Assembly (NCBI GenBank): GCA_903911145.1
Contig: CAIWCD010000048.1
Coordinates: 19,984-83,983 of the forward strand
Direction: 5' to 3'
Origin: an uncultured delta proteobacterium
Lineage (GTDB): Bacteria > Myxococcota > Myxococcia > Myxococcales > 40CM-4-68-19
DNA: 64,000 bases
The position numbers and the translations under genes were made by a program. Shown one piece after another: positions 57,057-64,000 of the stretch. The notes beneath the pieces were generated by a model. That model was not told where the DNA came from. It saw only the letters and a program-made list of their open reading frames with translations, and made no database searches. Every line of letters starts with the position of its first letter. Within the stretch, counting starts at the first letter, position 1.

Positions 57057-58033
57057 GAGATCAATCCTTCGTCGCGGGCCTGCGCGAGGAGCGCGAGGTA
57101 GGCCTCCTCGAGAGGATGGCGGACCGGCACCGCGCTCGAGATTCGCGTGCCGCTCGCGACGAGCGCGGCCAGTGCGTCGGGCACAGAGGAGGCGTGCCGG
57201 AGCTCGACGAGGAGATCGTTTGAGTGCAAAGCATTCGCGCGCAGGGCCGCTCCCATGGCCATCTCGGCCTGCGCATCGAGGACAAATGGGAGGGCGCGAA
57301 GAGTCCGCAGCGCTCCCTCCGCTGGCGAATCGAGCCCGATGCGCAGCCGATAGGTGCCGGTCGCGAGCGACTTCACCTCGTGAACCGCGAGCAGCCTTCC
57401 GGCGACGAAGGCCGCCCGAGCGCAGAGCCGCTCGACCTCATCGAGGTGATGCGTGCACAGAACGATCGTGCGCTTCTCCGCGGCCAACTCGCCCACCAGC
57501 GCGCGCACCTCACGCGTCGCTTCCGGATCGAGGCCCACCGTCGGTTCGTCGAGGAGAATCACCGCCGGCTCGTGGAGCAGCGCGCGCGCGATCGCGAGCT
57601 TCTGCTTCATCCCGCGCGAGAGCACCGCGAAGGGGCGATCCGCGTGGGCCGCGAGGAGAAAGCGCGCCAGCAGCGCGGTCGCGCGGCGATCGGCCTCGTG
57701 CGCCGTGAGGCCCTGAAGCTTGCCAAAGACAACTAAATTCTCCCGCGCGCTGAGGCGATCGTAGAAGCCGGGTTGCTCGGTGAGCAGGCCGATCGAGCCG
57801 CGCAACGCCGCGTTCGAGGGCGCGCCCGGAAGAATCGTGTGACCCGCGACCTGCGCCGATCCGCTATCGGGAGAGATGAGCCCCGCGAGGATGCGCAGCG
57901 CCGTCGTCTTGCCTGCGCCGTTGGGGCCGAGCAGCCCGAAGACCTCCCCGCGCTCGACGGAAAACGAAAGGTCCCAGAGCGCACGACGGCCCGCGAACGA
58001 CTTGGCGAGGCTGTGCGCTTCGATGGCCGGCAA
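57053..58033 (-). CDS. ABC transporter ATP-binding protein (ABC-2/CcmA-like, with C-terminal accessory domain)
   Basis: Walker A GPNGAGKTT, signature LSRGMKQKLAIA, Walker B ILLDEPTVGLD, H-loop CTHHL. An extra ~100 aa at the C-terminus. Confidence 0.92.
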   Translation of the reverse strand: MPAIEAHSLAKSFAGRRALWDLSFSVERGEVFGLLGPNGAGKTTALRILAGLISPDSGSAQVAGHTILPGAPSNAALRGSIGLLTEQPGFYDRLSARENLVVFGKLQGLTAHEADRRATALLARFLLAAHADRPFAVLSRGMKQKLAIARALLHEPAVILLDEPTVGLDPEATREVRALVGELAAEKRTIVLCTHHLDEVERLCARAAFVAGRLLAVHEVKSLATGTYRLRIGLDSPAEGALRTLRALPFVLDAQAEMAMGAALRANALHSNDLLVELRHASSVPDALAALVASGTRISSAVPVRHPLEEAYLALLAQARDEGLIS

Positions 58034-58058
58034 TGACTGATCGGGCTCTTGAGAACGA

Positions 58059-59054
58059 CTACGGCGCGGTCAACGAAGTCTGCTGCGCCGTCGGGAACGC
58101 GCAGTCGGAGGCGCTGCCCGAGTCCGCTCCCAGGTGCGCCGGATCGCTGCTCGTAAAGAAGACGACGTGGTACGGCAGCGGACTCGTCGACGTCGCGTTC
58201 GCCCAGCACTCGCTCTCGGTCGCCGAGTAGTGCCCGCCGCTGCCATCGTGCACGGTCACAGAGACATCGCTGCGACCCGCGCCAGTCGAGGCCCAGCGCG
58301 ATTCGAGCGAGACAAGATCACCGCTGGTCAGATTGCGCACCGCGATCTGCAGCGTGCCGCCCAGGTGACCATCTTCGGCGTACGCGTAGGCCGCGTTGTC
58401 GGTCTGCGGTGGATGCGCCTCGTCGAGCGTGCCGAGGAAAGTCGCGTCGATCGTCGCCGCGCCGACCGTCGCGTTCGAGTAGGTCACGTCGAGTTTGCCG
58501 ACCTGCGTATTCATCGGATTGAGCACCTTCGCCTCGGAGAAATCGAACGAGAAGCTGCCGCTGCCCCGATGCGGCAGCACCGACGGCGTCGCGCTCCCGA
58601 TGATGATCGGGTGCATCTGTCCATCGCCGCCCACCTTGGCCTGGCCGCTGAGCGTGTAGTCGAACGTCCCCGCGCTCTCGGTGACGACCAGCTGCCAGCT
58701 GACCGGATCGGTCGCGAGCGCGCCGGGGCCCCAGGTGCACGAGGTCGTGGTGCAGCTGGTCGCGGGAAGATCCGTGATCGACTTGATCAGGTGCAGCGTC
58801 GAGACGATTGCGCCGTTGACCACGGTCGCGAGGTGGACGGTATCGCCGAGGAAGACCGACGCGTCGCCGACCGAGCTGTCGGGATGAGCGGAGCGGCTCG
58901 CGGCGACCGATGCCGTCGGCGGCTTCATCGCGACGGTGTCAGCGGTCGGGATGGCGTTGCGTGCGCGCTGATCCATCGAGTCGGACGGGTTGCTCGCGCC
59001 GCAGGCGAAGAGAACAGAGCAGGAGAGGGACAGGAGGCAGAGTTGGTTCTTCAT
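58059..59054 (-). CDS. Hypothetical lipoprotein (331 aa)
   Basis: MKNQLCLLSLSCSVLFAC is a lipobox signal. First gene of the ABC string. No family recognised. Confidence 0.6.
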   Translation of the reverse strand: MKNQLCLLSLSCSVLFACGASNPSDSMDQRARNAIPTADTVAMKPPTASVAASRSAHPDSSVGDASVFLGDTVHLATVVNGAIVSTLHLIKSITDLPATSCTTTSCTWGPGALATDPVSWQLVVTESAGTFDYTLSGQAKVGGDGQMHPIIIGSATPSVLPHRGSGSFSFDFSEAKVLNPMNTQVGKLDVTYSNATVGAATIDATFLGTLDEAHPPQTDNAAYAYAEDGHLGGTLQIAVRNLTSGDLVSLESRWASTGAGRSDVSVTVHDGSGGHYSATESECWANATSTSPLPYHVVFFTSSDPAHLGADSGSASDCAFPTAQQTSLTAP

Positions 59055-59362
59055 GGGCCAGGGTCCTTATCCGATTCGCAAAGCACGTGAGAAGACCGTC
59101 GAACGGCCGACAGCCGCGACATGTTTGCCCTGCTTTTCGTCAGAGGTTCGACGCGATCGTAGCCGCATGACACCGGTGCGCGCCCTGAAATCGGCGGCGC
59201 TTCTCTCGAGAACCACCGCGCTTCGAATGGATCCGCGCTGTCGAATCGTCCCGCAGCGAATCTGGCCTGCCACTTGCTCATCTGCTGCGCATGAGCTTCG
59301 CCAAGACCATCAGCCTCGTCGCCGCCGGTGCGCTCCTCGCGCTCGCGGGTTCGGCGATGGCG

Positions 59363-60739
59363 TCAGTCCTCCTGTAGTGCGGGCTGCGCGAGGCACCGCG
59401 CACTCTGCTTGTTCTGGACGATCCAGACCGCGCCGAGGCCGACCGACGAGATCGCGGCGAGCGCCATCAGCACGTAGAACACCGCCTCGAGTCCGTACTG
59501 CTTGTTGACACTGGTGAACAGGAAGCCCTGCGCGATTGCGCCGACGGAACCGAGGCCGTTGATGATGCCCGCGACAGTGGCTGCCGCGTAGGGTCCGCCG
59601 AGGTCTTGAGCGGCGACGCCGGAGATGAGCGCGTCAGGTCCGAAGAGGCAGAAGCCGATCAGCGCGAGGCCGAGAAGGTTCGGCACCATCCCGAGCGCGG
59701 CGGTCTTGGCGTAGATGGCGAGTGAGACCGCGAGCACGACCGTGGTGACGCAGGCGACCGCGCCCCGCTTGGTCGGGAACCATCGATCCGAGATCCAGCC
59801 GATGCCGATCGCGCCGACGATTCCGCCGACCTGCAACGCTGTGCTCATGTATCCGGCCTGCTCGCGCGGGTAGTGCAGCGACGTCTCGAGGAAGAACGGC
59901 GCCCAGAAGTCGATGCAGTAGCGGATGAGCTTCATGCCGAAATAGCTGAAGCCGAGCATCCAGACGACGGGGTTCTTCAGCGCCGCCTGGCGGGCGAGGC
60001 GGACCACTGCGGGATCGGGCAGCGCATTGCGGGCAACGCGCTCGGCCTCTTCTTCTGCGGTCGCACCGGGCGCGGCAACTCCGTCGACCAGATCGCGCGG
60101 GCCGGGCGTGTCCTTGAGAAACCGCAGCACGATGAGGCCGACCACCGCGACGAGGCAGGCCGGCACGAAGAACGCCGAGCGCCAGCCGTGGATGTCGAAC
60201 GAGAACGGAGCAAGCCAGCCGCCGAAATGCGCAACGAGCCCGCGCCCGATGAGCCTTGCTGCGAGCGCAGTCGCGAGGATCGGACCGACCTGGAAGCAGG
60301 TGCTCCACAGGCCCATCACGCGGCCGCGCTCCTTCGTGTCGTACCAGGAGGCGAGCGCCTTCATCGTGCCCGGCCACCCGGTCGCCTCGAAGAAGCCGTC
60401 GAGCGCGAGGAAGATCGCGAATGCCAGCAGCGTGCTCGACGCGCCGAACGCGGCGCAGAAGATCGCCGAGAGGAGCATCCCGAAGCCGACGAGCCGACGC
60501 GCGCCAACCTTGTCGCCGAGCCATCCGCCGCAGAACTGCCCGACTGCGTAGACGACGAGAAAGACCGTGTCGAGGAGCGCCAGCCCGCTGTCGGTGATGC
60601 CGATCCCCTTCAGGCTCGTCTTGGCGATCGGGAGATTCTTGCGGACGAAGTAGTAGCTCGCGTAGCTCGTCCAGGTGAGCGCGAAGACCCCATTGCGATT
60701 GCGCCGTCCTGCGGGGGTCAGCTTCGACATGGCGCGCAC
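59363..60739 (-). CDS. MFS transporter, organophosphate:Pi antiporter (OPA; GlpT/UhpC-like) family
   Basis: FALTWTSYASYYFVRKNLPIAKTSL...GWLGDKVGARR...TGWPGTMKALASWY matches OPA-family signatures. About 12 TM segments. Confidence 0.8.
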   Translation of the reverse strand: MRAMSKLTPAGRRNRNGVFALTWTSYASYYFVRKNLPIAKTSLKGIGITDSGLALLDTVFLVVYAVGQFCGGWLGDKVGARRLVGFGMLLSAIFCAAFGASSTLLAFAIFLALDGFFEATGWPGTMKALASWYDTKERGRVMGLWSTCFQVGPILATALAARLIGRGLVAHFGGWLAPFSFDIHGWRSAFFVPACLVAVVGLIVLRFLKDTPGPRDLVDGVAAPGATAEEEAERVARNALPDPAVVRLARQAALKNPVVWMLGFSYFGMKLIRYCIDFWAPFFLETSLHYPREQAGYMSTALQVGGIVGAIGIGWISDRWFPTKRGAVACVTTVVLAVSLAIYAKTAALGMVPNLLGLALIGFCLFGPDALISGVAAQDLGGPYAAATVAGIINGLGSVGAIAQGFLFTSVNKQYGLEAVFYVLMALAAISSVGLGAVWIVQNKQSARCLAQPALQED

Positions 60740-60894
60740 TGTAGATCGTGATCGTGCGCGGTGAGTGACGAGAGTGTGGAATCGCTTCGATCCGCCTGCG
60801 CTGCCGCTCTCGACGCTGCCCTGTCTTTGCCCCGCCCGATGAATTCCGCTACATGCAGGCCCGTCTGAGAACTTTCCTTGAAAGGCAGAACAAC

Positions 60895-61548
60895 ATGCTC
60901 CGCAGAACCTCGATCCCGCTCACTGCCGTCGCGCTCCTGCTCACCTCTTGCGCGCACCACTTCGTCACGCTCAATGTCCGCGCGGCCGACACGGGCAAGG
61001 ATCGCGAGTTCACCTACGAGGCGAAGAAGAAGCTGTTCGAGGCCGACACCGCGGCCGGCAAGCTCCTGCGCATCTGGGTCGACGCGAGGGTGATTCGCTT
61101 TGGTGACCTCGACCGCGAGATCCCGGCGGGCTGCCACGGCGGGTTCCTCTCGCGCCACTCCGAGAACTACGCGGGCACCTCGGGGATGCTGCACAGCGGA
61201 GGCAGCCAGGCCCTCGGTGCCGGGCACGGAGCGGTCGAGCATCTCCTCGTCACGCTCTGCCCGCAGGCGGACGCGCCGGCCGGCTGGCAAGGCTGGCACG
61301 TGATGTTCGAGCAACTCGACAAGGGCGCGAATCTCGAGTCGGTGCCGCCGACCGCGGCCTTCGCGTTCCAGCGCTCCGAGTCGGGCAACGAGCTCATCGT
61401 GACCACGCCGACGTCGCACCAGAAGGTGACGCTGCCGGAGATCGAGGCGTCGATCTTCCGCCGCAATCCGGAGCTGCTCGCGTTCGTGGTGATGAGCGGG
61501 ATCGTACCGCCCTCTCCGACCGGGACGTACGAGGTCGCGGAGCACTGA
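60895..61548 (+). CDS. Hypothetical lipoprotein
   Basis: Start moved to ATG 60895. MLRRTSIPLTAVALLLTSC is a lipobox signal. No family recognised. Confidence 0.5.
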   Translation: MLRRTSIPLTAVALLLTSCAHHFVTLNVRAADTGKDREFTYEAKKKLFEADTAAGKLLRIWVDARVIRFGDLDREIPAGCHGGFLSRHSENYAGTSGMLHSGGSQALGAGHGAVEHLLVTLCPQADAPAGWQGWHVMFEQLDKGANLESVPPTAAFAFQRSESGNELIVTTPTSHQKVTLPEIEASIFRRNPELLAFVVMSGIVPPSPTGTYEVAEH

Positions 61549-61670
61549 CGAACGGAGATGCCGCGACTCGCGCGACTTTGCGAAGACGCGCAAAGCCGCG
61601 CCCAGTGCGGTCGAGCGGCGCGACGCGTGGGATCGATGCGGTGGCGGATCGATTGAACGTCGCCGCTCGA

Positions 61671-62051
61671 TTACAGCCAGCCGAGCGTGACGAGGTGCAC
61701 GAAGGCATACGCGATCGTGCCGAGAAACATCACGACCGCGATGAGCCCGGCGATGATCGCAAGCAGGCCAGCGACACCAGCACCGACCGCCGCCGTGCCG
61801 AAGCCCAACGCTACGCCCGAGCCAACACGAGATCGGTGCCGCTCCGGAGGCGGCGAGAAGTCGCGATTCTCGGGAAACTGAATCTCCGAGGGGGCCTGCG
61901 TCGACCGATGCGCCGAGTTTCCATCGCGCGCACCGACTGCCGCGACCGACACCTGCACGGTGAAGTCCGACTGGCAGTGCGCGCACGTCTGCTGCGTCCC
62001 ATCGACGATCGGCGTCGGCTTCTCGCACATCGGGCAGTTCACGTTCAGCAC
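61671..62051 (-). CDS. Zinc-ribbon (MJ0042-type CxxC...CxxC) membrane protein
   Basis: I prefer GTG 62051, with a GAGGAG SD 6 nt upstream, giving (M)LNVNCPMCEKPTPIVDGTQQTCAHCQSDF. C-terminal TM GVAGLLAIIAGLIAVVMFLGTIAYAFV. Paralogue of the next gene. Confidence 0.65.
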   Translation of the reverse strand: MLNVNCPMCEKPTPIVDGTQQTCAHCQSDFTVQVSVAAVGARDGNSAHRSTQAPSEIQFPENRDFSPPPERHRSRVGSGVALGFGTAAVGAGVAGLLAIIAGLIAVVMFLGTIAYAFVHLVTLGWL

Positions 62052-62135
62052 GGATGTCTCCTCGCTGCGCGAAGTACGTTCGTGATTCGAGATCGTTGTC
62101 TGCACCCTCGCATAGGTATCGCGATGTGATGGCAG

Positions 62136-62699
62136 TCACGACCGCGCGGGCAAGCACTGGGCTGAGCGCATCAAAGCCGCGCCCAGAGCGGGTGCGCACG
62201 CGCAGAGGCACGCAGCGCGAATGCTCGAGAGGAAGGCAACGATGGTGCCGGTCGCGAGCGCAAGCACCACCATGCCCGCATCCATCCACATGCCGACCGT
62301 GGCGATGTCTCGCCAAGCCACAGACAGCTTTCCGCGAGCGTGAGGTCTGAACGCGCCGACGCCCGCGATGAGTCCCAGCAGTGGAAGCACCGCACTGCAG
62401 GCCAGCGCGAACAGCTCCGGGACATAGAGCAGCGGAACTCGAAACGAGAGCAGCGCCAGCGGAGCGGCCGCGAGACAACAGACGACGAGGACTCGTCCGG
62501 GCAGTCCGTCGGGACTCACGATTGATGCGGGAGCAGCAGCCGGAAAGGATGCGCTTGCAGCCGCGGGTTCTGTCGACACGACGAGTGCGGGCCGCGCGGC
62601 ACTCGAGAGCGGGAACGATGCTCCGCAGTGGACGCACCCCTGCGTTTCCCCCTCGAACGTCGGCGTCTGCTCACCGCACGCTGGGCAGTTCACATTCAC
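62136..62699 (-). CDS. Zinc-ribbon (MJ0042-type) multi-pass membrane protein
   Basis: MNVNCPACGEQTPTFEGETQGCVHCGASF, then several hydrophobic segments. Confidence 0.65.
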   Translation of the reverse strand: MNVNCPACGEQTPTFEGETQGCVHCGASFPLSSAARPALVVSTEPAAASASFPAAAPASIVSPDGLPGRVLVVCCLAAAPLALLSFRVPLLYVPELFALACSAVLPLLGLIAGVGAFRPHARGKLSVAWRDIATVGMWMDAGMVVLALATGTIVAFLSSIRAACLCACAPALGAALMRSAQCLPARS

Positions 62700-62714
62700 A
62701 TTGGCCTCCGCCTC

Positions 62715-63734
62715 TCACAGCGCATGCGCGATCGCGCGCACGACTCCATAGACCGCCGCCGCGACTAGGCCCGACGCCGGGATCGTGAAGACCCACGCCC
62801 AGACGATGCGGCCCGCGACGCCCCACTGCACTGCACGCGAGCCGCGCGTGAGGCCCACGCCGACGATCGCGCCCGTGATCGTGTGCGTCGTCGAGACGGG
62901 AATGCCCGCGTGCGCGAGCGCGAGGATGGTCACGCCGCCGCCCGTCTCCGCGCAGAACCCGCCGATGGGCAGGAGCTTGGTGAGGCTGTGCCCCATCGTG
63001 CGGACGATTCGCCAGCCGCCGAACAGCGTGCCCATCGCGATCGCGGCCTGGCAGAGCAGCACGACCCAGAACGGGACACCGAACGGACGGCCGCTCCAGA
63101 TGGTGCCGTAGAGGACGATCGCGATGATGCCCATGACCTTCTGCGCGTCGTTGCTGCCGTGGCTGTAGGAGAAGATCGCGGCCGAGACGAGCTGCAGTCT
63201 GCGAAACCAGCGATCGACGCGCGCCGGCGTCTGGTGGCGGACGATCCACGCCGTGAGGATCGTCATCGCGGCGCCGAGGAACATTCCGATCAGCGGCGAG
63301 AGCACGATGAAGAGCGCGATCTTGAGCACGCCCGAGGAGACGAGGCCGTGCGGTCCGAGCGCACAGAGCGCGGTCCCGACGAGTCCGCCCGTGAGCGCGT
63401 GCGACGACGACGAGGGCAGGCCCCACCACCACGTGAGGAGGTTCCACGCGATCGCGCCGATGAGCGCCGCGAAGAGAACCGAGAGGACGATCTCCGGACC
63501 TTGCGCGCGGAGCATCTCGAACTCGATCACGCCGCGCCCCATCGTGTCGGCGACCTTCACGCCGCCGCCGAATGCAGCGATGAAGTTGAAGAAGGCGGCC
63601 CACGCGACGGCCCAACCGGGCGAGAGCACGCGCGTCGAGACGATGGTGGCGATCGAGTTCGCGGCGTCGTGGAAGCCGTTGATGAAATCGAAGAAGAGCG
63701 CGACTGCGATGAGGACGATGACCGCGAAGATCAC
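62715..63734 (-). CDS. pit: Inorganic phosphate transporter, PiT family
   Basis: GTG 63734 overlaps the DUF47 stop (GTGA). (M)IFAVIVLIAVALFFDFINGFHDAANSIATIVSTRVL is the PiT N-terminal signature. A second GSNDAQK motif is present. Confidence 0.9.
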   Translation of the reverse strand: MIFAVIVLIAVALFFDFINGFHDAANSIATIVSTRVLSPGWAVAWAAFFNFIAAFGGGVKVADTMGRGVIEFEMLRAQGPEIVLSVLFAALIGAIAWNLLTWWWGLPSSSSHALTGGLVGTALCALGPHGLVSSGVLKIALFIVLSPLIGMFLGAAMTILTAWIVRHQTPARVDRWFRRLQLVSAAIFSYSHGSNDAQKVMGIIAIVLYGTIWSGRPFGVPFWVVLLCQAAIAMGTLFGGWRIVRTMGHSLTKLLPIGGFCAETGGGVTILALAHAGIPVSTTHTITGAIVGVGLTRGSRAVQWGVAGRIVWAWVFTIPASGLVAAAVYGVVRAIAHAL

Positions 63735-64000
63735 GCGTGCTCCAGCACGACGCCTTCCATCACGTTGGCGACGTCCTCGCAGCGATCGACCGCGTCCTCG
63801 ATCAGCTCGTAGATGTCCTTCCACTTGATGACCGTGATCGCGTCGGTGCCGTCCTTGAACATCTTCGCGAGCGCGGCGCGGAAGACCGCGTCGGCCTCGT
63901 TCTCGAGCGATTTAATCTCGCGGCAGGCGGCGAGGAGTTCGTCGGGCCGCTTGATGTCGCGCAGCAGCCGGACCGCGCCCTGCATGGCCTGGGCAGCGCG
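63731..64000 (-). CDS. DUF47 (PhoU-like, Pit accessory) protein, 5' end outside the window
   Basis: C-terminal part REIKSLENEADAVFRAALAKMF...IKWKDIYELIEDAVDRCEDVANVMEGVVLEHA is typical of TIGR00153/DUF47 proteins encoded upstream of pit. Confidence 0.85.
   Translation of the reverse strand, partial: RAAQAMQGAVRLLRDIKRPDELLAACREIKSLENEADAVFRAALAKMFKDGTDAITVIKWKDIYELIEDAVDRCEDVANVMEGVVLEHA

Noticed and set aside
59291-59377. 28-codon plus-strand mini-ORF MSFAKTISLVAAGALLALAGSAMASVLL that looks like a bare signal peptide and overlaps the MFS gene stop
   Set aside because: It is too short and has no mature domain. It is probably a remnant or a chance ORF. It may merit a look only if conserved or seen in ribosome-profiling data.

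Overview
GC-rich bacterial chromosome segment with strong GC3 bias, almost entirely coded on the minus strand. The taxon is an inference: MJ0042-type zinc ribbons, RCC1 lipoproteins and Gly/Ser-tethered lipoproteins suggest a Myxococcota-like genome. The backbone is the conserved translation/transcription supercluster, read right to left: tRNA-Thr/Tyr/Gly/Thr, rpmG, tRNA-Trp, secE, nusG, rplKAJL, rpoBC, rpsL-rpsG, fusA-tuf, the S10 operon, and the spc operon up to secY, which runs off the left edge. I added several items missing from the ORF track: secY, rpmG, five tRNAs, corrected start codons, intrinsic terminators and sigma70-like promoters. The backbone is interrupted twice by accessory DNA. 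(A) A 3.9-kb insert lies between rpsG and fusA and carries a membrane protein, an alpha/beta hydrolase, a DJ-1/PfpI protein and a plastocyanin-like copper lipoprotein. (B) An 11.35-kb insert lies between rpoC and rpsL and consists of a YdeI-family gene plus seven exported or lipoprotein genes. Two genes in insert B are the most unusual objects in the window. Each has a lipobox Cys followed almost immediately by a long collagen-like Gly-X-Y stalk (171 and 309 aa). One stalk ends in an RCC1 beta-propeller head and the other in an Asp-box (BNR) beta-propeller head. Right of the supercluster (43.7-64 kb) the genes are mixed housekeeping and accessory: rlmB, a degenerate PtsP-like protein, ybaK, a coupled APH-kinase/histidine-phosphatase pair and acnA. 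They continue with a lipoprotein/ABC-2 transporter string ending in a lipoprotein with five near-identical 99-aa tandem domains, then an OPA-family MFS transporter, two paralogous zinc-ribbon membrane proteins and a DUF47/Pit pair. I recognised no rRNA, CRISPR array, integrase or transposase. The many long ORFs antisense to real genes are GC-content artefacts.
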